From Felis catus (lineage: Eukaryota), in contig NC_058383.1 of the NCBI RefSeq assembly GCF_018350175.1, positions 27,654,001-27,718,000 of the forward strand: a stretch of DNA of 64,000 bases, read 5' to 3'. The notes beneath the pieces are model-generated. The model saw nothing but the letters and a program-made list of their open reading frames with translations, was not told the origin of the DNA and did no database searches. A program made the translations under genes and the position numbers. The first letter of the stretch is position 1. Every line of letters starts with the position of its first letter. Below are positions 24,691 to 37,834 of the stretch, piece by piece.

Positions 24691-27529
24691 GACTCACCCA
24701 ACCACTTGCATTATTCTCGTGAGTTCCAACAGCAGAAGCTCTCTCAATGCCAAGATAACAAACGTCTACCATCTCAATTTACCATCGCAGACATTCCTGA
24801 GACATAACTGCTCCTCCCAGCTTAGTGCCCACAACAAGGGTCTACATATTGAAAACTGGGCATCTAATGCTCCAGGTTACCATTCTCTCACCCATCCTGC
24901 TCTACAAATCCATTCAGACTCCCTCACCAAAGACCCTGGATTTGGGCCTTGTCGAGTCCCCTCGCCCTCCAGCTCTCCACCTGGCCGCCTTGTCCACCCA
25001 CAGCACCGCCAAGAAGGCAGACCCCGAGGTTGCCTGCAGAATCCGACAGCGAACGTCTCTGATGGGCCTTGGGGTTTGTTGGATTTGCAGGTTTAAAAAT
25101 GTGCTCGCCTTCAAGGAGTGTTCATCATTCTTTCCGCAATGCCCACTCAGTGCTCCCGCTGCCCAGCACAGTACAAAGCGCTAGCGTTTGAGGGGGGTGC
25201 AAACACACGTGATCCATGTCTGTCTAGAGCCCACATCCCACTGGGGGAGCCAAACATGAATGGTTAGCATCAACACAGAGGAGGCAAACTGCTGTGCGCC
25301 CTGATGGAAAAGTACCTGGAGGTACAACCAGGGCATTCTGGAGGCCACTGAGAAAGGACCAATCATCAGAAGTATGAAGGGTGAGCAGAAATTGATGTAA
25401 CAAGAGGGCAGGGAGGGAGGAAACACGGACTAGAGGAAAGAGGGCACCTCTGATAAATACAAACGGCCAGATTTTGCCACAGCACAGAGAAGCTAGTGAG
25501 AGGACAGACCAGAAAAGAGGTGGAGGCCTGACGCAGGACACTAAAGGCCACGCTGGGGGGTGTTTGCACTTATCCGCAAAAGCGAAGGGAAGTCATTAAA
25601 GTCCTATGAGCAGGTTCACGTTACGTGTCTGAACAAAAATCCCCGACTAGTGTGGGAGAGGAACTGGAGAGGGGCCAGAGTGCATGCTCCTCCCGTTTCC
25701 CAGCACAGGCAGCACCTCTCAACTCATCACACACACCCAGGACGCCCCCTCCTTCATGAAGTTTCGTCCGCACTCGCACGTCTGTCTGAGGTGCCCCTCA
25801 CAGGCCCTGTGATACTCTGCACTTACCCCACCTGAGCACGCGTCACGACTCGTGTATTCTGGAATCTCCTGTTTACTTCGCAGTAACATCGTCTGTCCCG
25901 TGAGCTCTACCAAGGCAGGGATCACATTTATCTGGCCCACACTTACATCCCCAGTGCCACCAACAACACCCATCCGCAGCAGGCATTCAGTAAGTATTTA
26001 CAAAACAGCTAACATTTCAATGAGTACCTACTACATGCCAAGGATACTGATCCTTCCATATGTATTAACCCACACAATTCTCCCAATGTCCCTAGGCAGC
26101 AGGTTCCGTCAGCATCCCCGCTGTAACACATGAGTAAACGGAGTCACAGAGAGGCGGGATAACCTGTCCAGCTATGTGGTGCCACTGAGCTCCAGAGTCC
26201 ATGGTCTCAACCACAACACGGTAACGAATAACAGAAGAATGGAATTCTGTTGTAGCCAGCATTTAATTATCTGTGCTAATGGTTTAAAGCAGTGGCCTGC
26301 GGCATCCACAACAGTGAAGTAACTGCAAAATAATCCCTGGTGGACGTGGTGACACATATGGAATTTTTTCAGTAGATTGACCTTCGTAAATTACCACTTA
26401 AAATAGCCAACGACAAAACCAATTCCTGTTCCCTAAGTAGCAATCAAACTAATGGACAGGAAGTAACGAAGTAACTAAGAGCTAAACTGGCTAAGCCAAA
26501 AAAAATAAATAAAAAAAAAAGTCACTCAATCAACGAATTTAATTAGCACTTACTTTGTCTTCAAGCTCTGCCCCCCATCACTGCCCCGTTTCTTGAAAGC
26601 TTCTTGAAAGCCTATCCCACACTGCCATCTCTACTTCCTTACCTCCTATTCACTTATCTTGAAATCAGGTCTTTGTTCCCACCACTCTCCTGAAGTCCAC
26701 TCAACAAGAATTCAGCACTGACCACTGTATCACCACGTCCAGTGGCTTCCTGCCACCTGTAGAGCTGTCCACGGCACCGGATCTCTGCAACATCTTCTCC
26801 TTAAAAAAATCCTTTTTTTAGCACCTGTAACACTGCTGCCTATGTTGGGGACAACACTGAAGGACAACGGATCCAGAGGACCAGATTTTATTTCTCATCT
26901 CTCTATGACTGCTGAAACCATAGATTCTCCCTGTACCCTGTTTTAACCCACTGTGTGCTACTGTGAGATTAATGAGTCCTTCTCCCTCTCTTTACCTCTC
27001 CTAATCTTATAGGGACATCACAAAGAATTTTGATAAGGCAGCAAGGATTTTGAGTCAATTGGAAAATAGACAATCAACCAAACCTACATATTCAGCAAGT
27101 TGCAAGGCAGCGTTGGTGACACTGAGCCTAATCCCCCCAAAATGAGTTTTGTTTTGTTTCTCATTCTAGCAAGGGGTTTCATTTAAGAACGTGAGAGGCA
27201 CAGAGTTTCAGAGAGGAGAGAAGCCAGCAATCACACAGACTCGGAGATCCCTGTAACTGCATTTAAACACTGTCAGGGAGTACAAAGCGCTTGGGCTTTG
27301 GTATCAGACACCTGGGCTAAAACTCACGTTCAGCAAGCTACCAGTGGTGTATGTTTCTGCATTCACACTTAACTCTCTGGGACTCAAAGTTCTTACGGAA
27401 AAATGAGGATGACAGGAGGAGGAGGAGTGAAAAACAAATGAGATAATGTAGGTACACCAGTCTCAGCACGTAGGAAGGTGCTCACTTCCTCTCCTTACTC
27501 TGTCAGTTCAAACAAAGGGTTAAGAGGCT

Positions 27530-27927
27530 GCCGTATTCCCAGTAGCAGAAACCCTCCCCACGCTCACTTCGTGGCCGCTGGCCGCGAGCTTCCCCACACT
27601 TCCCAGCCTCCCGAAGCCGGGCAGGGCCGTGTGCAGAGTGCCATGCAATGACATGGGAGTGCAAGTCCACTGGGTCACTTCCTGGCTAAAGCATTCAGGA
27701 GCCCATGTGACAGGCTCCAGCGATCTGTTCCCTGCGGCAGCAGAGATCAAAGCAGCTTGTATTTCTGACTCACCACCGCCTCACCACTGGGAAGGTAGCC
27801 CTGGAGAGTTGCCTAACCTGCTGTGGAATCTGCAGGAGTGACACAGAAACCATTGTTGTGCTAAACCACTAAATTTCTGGGTTGGCCTGTCATTATGGCA
27901 CAGCCTAGCCCACACTGATTAAATACA
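27530..27927 (+). mobile_element. MaLR LTR (MLT1H-like)
   Basis: gtcacttcctggctaaagcatt ... ttgttgtgctaaaccactaaatttctggg ... cagcctagcccacactgattaaataca. Confidence 0.65.
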
Positions 27928-28879
27928 TCACTCCCTGGGGGTTCCTCGTCTCAGCAGGGGAAGAAGGGATCAACCAAGCCCATCGCTTTTCTTACCCAAG
28001 GTGTTCACCATCAGCATCTCCGCCCCTTCCTTCCTCCTGTCTCCTGCACACACCAGAATCCCATCTTTTCATTTTACCTGTGAAGCACCTCAAGTCCAGA
28101 GAGGTGAAATGACATGTCCAAAGCCTCACAGCATGTACGCGGCAGGGCTGGGCCAAGACTCCAGGTCCCTGGACTTCCCCAGAGTCCCCTTACCAGCCAC
28201 ACTATGTCACCACCCGATAGCTTGCAACTTCAGCTGTTAACAATGCTCTGAGCCTGCCACTCCTTTCAATCACCGTAAGTGATACAATCCATGCTACATT
28301 AATGCACTAATTACCAACAGCGCACATTACCATGCCCTAATCACTAAGAAGAAGTATTGTCAATTCACCGTTCCGTGTGCCGGTATGCACAAAATGCTTC
28401 CAGACTCATTCTCAAGGGTTGGCGTGAGGAGAGAAGCTACAATACAACGAACAACAGATTCATGTCATATGGATAACCAGTCAGGTGGCCCTTCTATTAT
28501 TCTTCTTTGTCAGCTAAAAAAAATCCGACAGAGCCCCAGAAGGAAGGTGGCGGATAGGATAGGCAGTGTGGATGAACTCTAGAAATAAAACTCCAGCCTA
28601 GTGTAGACTCTCATCCTCCCCTTTTCAACCTCCATGGGTTTTCAAAGCCTCAGTCTTTGAGTCACAAAATGGGAAAGAAAGTAGCGCCACCGTCAAGAGG
28701 TTGCCCTGGGAATTCAACAGTATCGCGGACATAAAGTCCTGAGCAAAGTGCCAAGAACAGAGTGATGCTGGCTGTGATTATGACTGCGATTTAAGGATGG
28801 TTCTCCCTGTGTCTTAATAATTAATTTTTTTCCCAAAAGCTTAAAGGAAAACTGGTAAAGGAGGTAGGGATGAGGGGCC

Positions 28880-29100
28880 TTTATCACTTATGAAACATCT
28901 GCTTATTCTGTGACATGATTCTTGGTAGACACTTTGCTAACATCCTATCTTCTAACCCTTATCACAACCCTGTGAATTAGGTATGAGTATCCCTATTCAT
29001 AGACAAGGAAACAGAGGCTCAGAGAGGTTAAGTAACTTGTCTAAGGCCACACAGCTGATAAGTAGTGAGCAGCAAAGCCAGGATTTCAATCCAGGGTGAC
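28880..29100 (-). mobile_element. MIR SINE fossil (well-preserved core)
   Basis: gaaacagaggctcagagaggttaagtaacttgtctaaggccacacagct. Confidence 0.88.
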
Positions 29101-29294
29101 CTATCTTTTTTTTAAAAAAACAAATTCACATACAATGTGCTAATTCAGTTTATTCCTCATGAATTTTCTGACTCCAAGGATCTTTGTGGGTATGTATTCT
29201 GGGAAATACATATGAATCCCACATGAGGGAATCCCACATGAGAGTACAGGGATTGACATATTCCCCGGGATGGTCACGTGAAACATATTAAGTC

Positions 29295-30120
29295 CCATGT
29301 ACTTACTGACCATTTACTGTGTGCCCAGCACAGTATGCAGTACTAGGATGATTGAGACAGATCACATGTGGTGGCCCTAGCCAACAAGGCCGTCAGGGTC
29401 TCATAGGGAAGATGGATACAAATCTAAGTCAATTACAGTAGCCTCAGCAGCACAACAAAATATGAGACACCAGCAGAGAGAGGGTGGTCAAGAGACACTC
29501 GGAGGAAGCAAAAGCTCAAGCAAGTTTTGAAGGATCAATAAACACCTGCATGCAGATGTGGGAAGAAAGGGCATTCCAGATGTGACAGCAGCATGTGCAA
29601 AGTCACAGAGGTGTGAACAGATGTGGTCTTCTTAGTAAAGACAAGCAGCCAGTTCTGCTGGAATACACTATGTGTATGTGGGGCAGGGAATGCACAAGAA
29701 AACAGGCGAGGGTCCAGTCACTCGTAGGGACCTCTCACAGACTGTGAAACTGGGAGCCGTAAGCAGGGGGCAACACTGCTGGGCAGGATTATCATGGATC
29801 CCTCTGCTTGCTGAGCAAAGCCAGGGAGGTCTAACGCAGTAGTTCTGAACCCTGGCTACAGGGGAGCAGTTAGAGAAATCCAGTGACAGGATCCCGCCCC
29901 AGAACAATTACAGCAAGACACTCTAGAGGTTGGGCACTGGTGTATGTGAGAGGCTTGGTGGGCAATCCTAATGTAGCAGGATTCAGGCTATGTGTTTCTA
30001 GTTAGGCAGAGCATCTGCGAACTCATGCTAGGGAAGCAGAGTCTGGAAACAATATTTTAGGAGATAAAATTGACAATTTTGATTGATGAGATGTGAGTGC
30101 TAAGAGAGAACACTAAGAAG
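29295..30120 (-). mobile_element. L2 LINE fossil interrupted by a MER5-like element (~29837-29980)
   Basis: tacttactgaccatttactgtgtgccc ... gggcattccaga...cagcatgtgcaaag; cagtagttctgaaccctggct marks the MER5-like insert. Confidence 0.6.
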
Positions 30121-30162
30121 GTGAGTGGGAAGAGGCACTCCATACGTGTGTGTGTGTATGTA

Positions 30163-30167
<5 letters not shown>

Positions 30168-30214
<47 letters not shown>
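30168..30214. repeat. (TA)n microsatellite
   Basis: Read directly from the sequence. Confidence 0.97.
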
Positions 30215-30216
<2 letters not shown>

Positions 30217-31069
30217 CTCACATAATATTTCCAGACAGTCTAACAAGCCCATCAGCAATTATGCATGTTTTCCATCCCCATGAGGGTTATCTATGAGAGT
30301 CCAAAAATATTACAATAATTCAAGAAAGCAAACGGCACGCTACAAACACCATCCTCAATACTCAGGGGTCCACATTCATTCCAATCGCCCTTGATGATCC
30401 AGAGGGATCTGCACTGAACCCAACCTAGCCTCCCAAAAGAGAATTACCTAGGGAAATCCAGGGGAGGAATGAAATTGCTGTCTCGTTAGTGCATTATTTA
30501 CTTTGACGCAGAATTCTAGCAGCTGCAGCTCGGGCCCCGTGGTTCACATGGTTGGTAGGAAGTGTAATGGGAGTACCATTAATTTGATAGTTTTAAAGGA
30601 GGTGATTTCCAATTTGAATTATTCTTAAGTTGGGAAATGAGTCTGAGCTGGCTTGTAAAACAGCAAAGAGTCAATGCACCTTATAACCTTGATCTTTTAG
30701 AGTCCTAACACCAGGCAGAAAATTTCTCCTCTGAACCCATTATAAGGGGGTAAAAAAAAAAAAGCCAGTATCCTCCCACCCCCTAGGCAAATTAGCAAGA
30801 CAAATGTTAGCAAAAAGCTCTGCAGACGCACCATTATTTACAAAGGGGAGAGCAAAGAAGACGCTCTGAAATAAATCATGCTGACAGTTCAATCAAAAAA
30901 AAAATCAGAATATATTATTCATGCTGCTTCTCAAGAGTTGGAAAGAAACTGGACAGGGAGAGCCAAATATGTACTCATGTGCCTTATTTACCCATAATAA
31001 CAATTAGGATTCCTAAGGAACCTCCATTTAATGAAATCTGCATGCTAACCTGACGTGACAGGCTTACTC

Positions 31070-31070
<1 letters not shown>

Positions 31071-31127
<57 letters not shown>
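31071..31127. repeat. (CA)n microsatellite
   Basis: Read directly from the sequence. Confidence 0.97.
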
Positions 31128-31299
31128 TTTTAATTCCAACCCAGAGCCAGCGCTGTTCTAGGGACTGGGAACGCGAAGGTGGGCAAGACCAGTGAGACCC
31201 CAGTTCCCAGAAAAGTGAAATTCCAGAGGTGAGCTGGGTGAATGGGCAGGCCACACACCAGCGAGCAAGGGCATGCTGGCCAATGCAGGAGAGACCAGC

Positions 31300-31670
31300 C
31301 AGGGGCTACTTTACAGTGGGGACTGGATGAGACCTCTCTGCTGAGGTGACATTTAAGTTGAGTGTCAGGCAGAAGCCAATCTGGGAGAATCTAGAGAAAG
31401 AGTGCTCCAGGGTGGGGTCCCCGCAGTGCAGAGACCCAGAAGTAAAACTAGGGTGGGCGTGTCCAGTGAACATGAACATGGTCCAGGAACCCGAGAAGCA
31501 GTGAGCAAGGTGGAGCAGGGAGAGGGAGAAAGGAAATCGGCACCCAGATGAGACTTGGAAGGCTGCAGAGAAGAGCCTGGATTTTATTCTGAGCGATTTT
31601 ATTCTGCTGGACAGTTTTACACAGAGGGGCAATATGACCTGATTTAAACGTTGCCAAGACCCCTGTGGTT
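31300..31670 (-). mobile_element. L2 LINE fossil
   Basis: cctctctgctgaggtgacatttaagttgag ... ggattttattctgag ... tgacctgattt. Confidence 0.75.
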
Positions 31671-31866
31671 AGGTCAACGATTTAGTGTTATGGTTGATTC
31701 CATGAGGGAGGTGGGGGGGGGGGGATGCGGTAACTGTGAGAGGGTGAGGAACACAGGCAGGCTTACAGGTCAGAAAGAGGGGATCCACCAAGTGGAAAGC
31801 CTTGGGAAAGATGAGCTAAAGGCATTGATGGTAAGAGGACAGAGTGGACCATGGGAATAGCTTCTT

Positions 31867-32154
<288 letters not shown>

Positions 32155-32356
32155 TGGGAATAGCTTCTTAGATCACCAACATTAGCACATCTGAGGAAAA
32201 TGAAAAGGTGTGGGGTGAGGGGTTGCCCTCACCTCCGGAAGAACGAACATGGATGGGCATATCTCAGGACGGATGGGTATTACGTCCCAGAACCATGAGA
32301 AACCTGGTTGTTAGGGATGAAATGGGGCAAGAATACTATAGGCCTCAAGTCTGGAC

Positions 32357-32541
32357 CAGTGATTGTCAACTGGGGATGACGCTGCCCCTATGGGACAGCA
32401 TTTCTGCTGTCTATGAGAGGGGATGCTACTGGCTTCTAGTGGGCAGAAACCAAGGATGCTGCTAACCATGGTACAATGCCCAAGAGAGCCCCTGCAATGG
32501 AGAACTATCCCGCCCCAAACGTCCAAGGTTGAGCAACTCTG
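32357..32541 (+). mobile_element. MER20 hAT-Charlie element
   Basis: ggatgctactggcttctagtgggcagaaaccaaggatgctgctaa; TIR-like ends cagtg.../...ctctg. Confidence 0.85.
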
Positions 32542-33194
32542 AATGCACTACAGCAGCAGAACTGGACAGTCCTGGATCTCAGTCTCCACTGTGTGATCTT
32601 AGGCAATGTCCTTCATCTCAGTGTGCCTCCGTATCTCCATGTGTAAAATGGACATGACACAAGTCCCTCCCTCCCATGGGGCTGTGGGTGTAGAACTGGG
32701 GCCACTGAGGTAAGAACCACACTTGGGGACCCTGAGAGAAGAAGATAGAGGCTATATCATATTCTTTGGAATGAGGTCTCAAAACACCTGTGTGAGCATG
32801 GCAGGTGGGGTAATGCTCTGAATTAGGCATCGGAAGATTGGGGTGTGGATCTGGGCACCCTCACATCCAGTGGGTGACTTTGAAAAGTGGCCCGGTCTTC
32901 CCCTGGCCTCCCTGTTCTAATTCACATGTGGATACAGAAGCATAGGACCGTGTCTACATGACCACTCCAATGGCGACAGTCTTTCCCAAGTTCCATCCTC
33001 TAAGGCAGGCCAGGGGAGAGACCAGGGATGAGTAACTGATGTGCCCAGCCTAGGCTAAAGTACTTTTCCTGCACATGGCAGTGGGGACCACTTGCCCCAG
33101 GTAGCTTTCCTAAGTAACACCTGAAGGCATCTTTATGTAACTCAACACTGAACAGATGGTCAAAAAGCAATAGTTAAGAATGTCTCAACTAATG

Positions 33195-33344
33195 CGGGAT
33201 TTCTCAACCCCAGCACTACTGACATTGGGGACTGGATGATTCTTTGGGGGGGGGGGGGCGGTTTCCTGTGCATTGTAGAATATTCAGCAGCATCCCTGGG
33301 CCTCTAACCAGGAGATTTAAGTAGCCCCTAACGGAGAACCACTG
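33195..33344 (-). mobile_element. MER20 hAT-Charlie element (internally deleted)
   Basis: tttctcaaccccagcactactgacatt ... cagcagcatccctgggcctcta ... gagaaccactg; partial TSD aacta on both sides. Confidence 0.85.
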
Positions 33345-34912
33345 AACTATCATGGGGCAGTAAAATAATTTGTGTGGAGAGATAAAAGTTGGACTCATCT
33401 CATCTCATCTCATCCCCCTCCTGGCCGCGTCCCCTCTTCAGGACTCTGTTCTCTCATCTGTAAGAGGGTCTAGCACTTCTCTGTAGTGGGAATGAAATAA
33501 TACGCAAAGTTCTTAGCACAGGGTCCAGTACATGGTTGGTTCTCAAAAAGCCCTTACTCTTATTCCCTTTACACGGTAGAAAGTTAGAGTCAAGGCAGAA
33601 CTTAGTGGCTGGGTCCCTAGCACAAAGTCCATCCATAATAAGAGGAGCCACAAACAGCACGGACAGTCCCATGCCTCTTTAACCCTGTGCTATGAACGTC
33701 TGCTCTCTCCTCTGTGGAACGAGTATCAGTAACATCACCACTGTCATCACCAGCAAAAGAAGAATCTATTGGAGTCTTCCCCATATCTGGAAGCTGTCTT
33801 CACTCCATTCTGACTCAAAGAAACTTGAACCTTCAAGTCCTCGCCTTTATAAGGAAGGGAGACTATGAAAATAAACTCTTTACAAGGTCGACCAGCGCCC
33901 CGGGAAAGACAAGCATTGCAGTAGGCTAGGGTAGGGCGTGGGTGGTCTCCCCAACAGCTTGTTTTTAAATACTTCCAAATGAAAACGAGTATGCCTCCAA
34001 GGAACTGTCAGTATGCTGGCAGATCCAAAAATGGAAGCAAAGCACTTGTGGCCAGCTGCAGGCAGACATTCTGATGAAGTGCTACTAATTTAAGCCCATT
34101 CTGCGAGGTGCCCAAGGCCTCAAGGGGAAATCACCACCATTCTCTGGAGGGGCCGGCTAAGCACCTTACCCATCACAGGGTTGGAGAAAACAAAAGCCTC
34201 TCGGAAAGGGAGCCTCCCAAGGGGCATGTTCAGCAGGACACTGAGCCCTAAGCACTTTCTTCCCATACTACCTTCTGCCGAACAGAACAGACTATTAGGA
34301 TTTAAGATGTCTTTTGTTGCTATTTTGGTGACAGGGAACCAATTATGTTCCCAGTCCTGCCCCACCTTTTATTCTTCTTGGTAGAGCTCCTGCTCTAAAA
34401 GCAAAACACTTTAGCCAAAAGGAAGCAAAGAAGGTTTTGTTGTTAGCTGGACCATTGCCCAACACTACAGTGCTGGACTTTCTAGAAAGGCTAGTTTATG
34501 TAGCATGGACTTAACATTTACCTTCTTCTTAATGCAAACAGGAATCTTGACCAGATACAGCGACAAGGGTCTCTACATACTAGGAGTATGGCCAATGCAA
34601 CTCACTTGATAGATCACCCAGTGTGTACGGGGGCAGAGGGACAAGTCCCAGCAAGAGGATTGACTGGGCTGGCCTTCAGCTCAGCTCAGCCATCCAAATT
34701 CATGGAAGGAACAGGAGAGATGGATCTTAGGGAGGCACATCTTTAAAACACAGGACCCCCAGCAAATGTGACCCATATTACTCTCTCTTCCTTCCTTAGA
34801 GGTGGGAGCTGAGATGGGAATGCACTGAAGAAGCTTCCAGGCATGGGGAGACCAAGGCTGCTGAGAAACCCCTTCCTACTAACAAGGAGCTCTATTTAGA
34901 AGTGATCCTTTC

Positions 34913-35089
34913 AGGGTATCTGGGCAGCTTAGTCGGTTAAGTGTCTGACTCTTGGTTTCGGCTCAGGTCATGATCTCACAGTCTGTGAGTTAGAGCACCT
35001 GTCAGGCTCTGTGCTGGCAGTGTGAAGCCTGCATGGGATTCTCTCTCTCCATCCCCACATTCTCTCAAAATAAATAAACTTAAAAAAAA
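34913..35089 (+). mobile_element. Can-SINE (first of a tandem pair)
   Basis: tcttggtttcggctcaggtcatgatctc, (CT)n and A tail. Confidence 0.92.
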
Positions 35090-35099
35090 AAGGGATCTT

Positions 35100-35310
35100 G
35101 GGGCACCTGGTGGCTCAGTCATTTAAGCATCTGACTTCTGTTCAGGTCATGATCTCATGGTTCATGAGTTCAAGCCCTGTGTCAGGCTCTGTGCTGACAG
35201 CTCAGAGCCTGGAGCCTGCTTCAGATTCTGTGTCTCCCTCTCTCTCTGCCCCTCCCCCTGCTCACACTCTATCTCAAAAATATATAAACTTTAAAAAAAA
35301 CATTTAAAAA
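35100..35310 (+). mobile_element. Feline Can-SINE (second of a tandem pair)
   Basis: ggggcacctggtggctcag ... ctcagagcctggagcctgc; followed by the target site aagtgatcctttc. Confidence 0.95.
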
Positions 35311-35920
35311 AAGTGATCCTTTCTAGGGATATAAACTAAAATTGGTCCTCTGACCTCCAGGGCCAACTATTAGGAATGGGCACAGAAGAAGTGAGTTCCT
35401 GAAGATGCCATGCAGACCTCGGAAACGTTGCTTCCTTCGTTTGATTTTTCCTTTATACAGTGTAACATACAACAGCTTCCTTGTCCACATGTGTGAGTTG
35501 GCGCTTGTCCGAGGAACAGGCCTGTGTATGAACCAAAGTCAGACCTGGGTGGGTTAAGAAACCATCTGACCCACCAGCTCTGCTCCCTGATGCCTCTCCA
35601 GCCTTTTCCACGCATGCCTCCTCAAGCTTTGCTCCAACTCCAGTCATCTTCTCTGTGCAACTCAAGCATCCATCCACCCATCCATCCATCCATGTATTCA
35701 TCCAATAAATATTTAGCGCGTGCCTACATCTTGGACGGGTAACCGCAGAGCAAAGGCTGCGGCAGAGATGTGGGGGCACATGAGTTACTGATGGAGAACC
35801 CCTCAAGCAAAGCCTCTAAGGGAGGAAGTGAGCATAAGAGAGCATGAGAAAGACTAGAGGAAGGATGTGGTCACAGGTAGAGCCTGGGCTTGGCCTGATG
35901 CATGGGTAGACAGCTCTCAG

Positions 35921-36070
35921 CAGTGAATGGCAGACTCTCTCTGCAAAGGGAGAGACAGTAAATATCTGAGGCTTCGCAGACCAGATGATCTCTGCCACAA
36001 ACACTCAACTCTGCCACTGTAGCAGGAAAGCAGCCAGGGACAACACAGAGATGCACAAGTGTGGCCATGA
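35921..36070 (+). mobile_element. MER58A hAT element (partial)
   Basis: agacagtaaatatctgaggcttcgcagacca...actcaactctgccactgtagcaggaaagcagcca. Confidence 0.8.
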
Positions 36071-37820
36071 AGTCAAGGAGCTTGCCCGTCTTGCCCATCA
36101 ATGCACTCCACGTCCGGTCACCGTAGGTGGGAGTAAGTGCTGTTACTGCCCTCCGCGGGTGATCTTTAAGGTGGCACTGCACCCATGCTCCAGCCGCCAT
36201 GAATGCTGAGTGCTAATGGCTTGCTGTCACTCTCCTTATACAGAAACCTGCCCACAGTTCACAAAAACCATCTTGCACTGGAGATCACACTCCTCCCCTC
36301 ATCTAGCTGGCAGAATCCCATAGCCAGTGGGGACAATAAAGATCAACCCTCTTGCCTCACAGAGGGCAACTTGAGGGGTACCTACTGTATATGCTCTGAA
36401 GTTAGGAGCTTCAAGCTACAGCCCATGGGCCAGTTAGGCCCCATCATGCATTCAATTCCATTCCCTATGCCCAAAAGATCCTGGAAGAGAGCAGACAGAG
36501 CAGATGTGTACTGAAGAGAATGGAATAAAATTAAACCTTGAGAGATCAGTAGGATTTGGGCAGGGTAGGGAGAAGAAGGCATTGTTTCAGGTCCTCAAAC
36601 AAACCAAGGGCTTTATTGCGCACTGTCCTGTCTGCCACCAACACGAGCCTGCTTCCCCCACACCACTGTGCCTGGCTAATCCACCTTACCTCTCAACCTA
36701 TGAGTCTCAGGTTTGAAGTATCTGCCCCCGGCCCGAATTCATTGCCCCATCTGTGCTCCTCAAGTCCTTTGGCCTGCCCCTGGGGGAGGAGCTCTCTCTT
36801 CAGTTCACTCTTGTCTCCCCCACCAGAATGGTGGCTCCATGGGGAAAGGGACCTCACGCATCTTGGTCACCTCCTCAGTCTTAGCTTTGGGCACAGTGCC
36901 TGGCACATGGTAAGCCCTCAGCACCATACTGGAGGAGCTGAGGGTCTACTTTATTGCCATTTTGACTCTGTTTCTTTTCATCCAACTTTTATTATAAAAT
37001 TCTCCTTAATATGCAGGAAAATTGAAAGGTTAATATAAGGAACACCACTTAGATTTAATAATGGCTGATATTTTACATCCTATAACTTCATAAGCAAACA
37101 CTTTATATAGCAAACACTTTTTGGGCATTTACTATATGCCAAGCACCTAGCAGGTGACATACAGCATGGGAAATAAGCACTGTTCTTCCCGTTTCACTGA
37201 TGAGGAAACTAAGGCTTCAGGAAGTTAAATCATTTTCCAAATTCAAACAGCTGCTAATTGTTACAGCCAACCTGGGCAGGAGTGGGAGCCTAAATCTCAC
37301 TGTTATCTGACTACTGGGTCATGCTGTCTTATGACCCCCAACTGTATGCCATGCTGGAGAATCCCAGAGGTGATGGGGTTATTTTTGGGGTGTCTGAGAC
37401 AGCTCATGGAGAGACGGCTCGAGAGAGCAGCTGAAAAGCAGACTGAGCTAAGGAAGGAACACACTCCTGAGGTCTGGTAGCCAATCACTGGAGAGATTAA
37501 CTCCAACAGCATCTACCCCAATCCTGTCCTTCCTTGCCATACATCTCCGACATGACCATTATTAGTGACTGGGCTCAGAAGCTTGCCACCTTGTATGATC
37601 TGAATTGATCCAGTAAAGAATTCTCTGAAAAGCACCATTAAGATGATTTATAGTCTAATTTTGGTTGCTATAGATTCTGAGTCAGACTTATGACTGGAGA
37701 GAGAAAAAAATCCCCCACTCACTTGGAATTCAGGCAAAGGTTTCCGTATTGATAGAGAAGCATGGCTGGCTGGGAAAAAGTCATATTTTTTAAGTTTACA
37801 GCTACCACTCCTGGTTTGGG

Positions 37821-37834
37821 GTTGCTATGGCAAC
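37821..37834. promoter_or_regulatory. RFX X-box motif GTTGCTATGGCAAC
   Basis: Near-perfect palindromic match to the RFX consensus GTTGCCATGGCAAC, in unique sequence; function not shown. Confidence 0.5.

Noticed and set aside
24825..25700. Mildly CpG-rich stretch with overlapping ORFs
   Set aside because: No recognisable protein or convincing splice-site pair; partly L2-derived; too weak for a CpG island.
25940..26060. Tail-to-tail L2/MIR junction as a miRNA-like hairpin (also ~43000-43130)
   Set aside because: Arm complementarity is patchy by eye and I recognise no known miRNA sequence.
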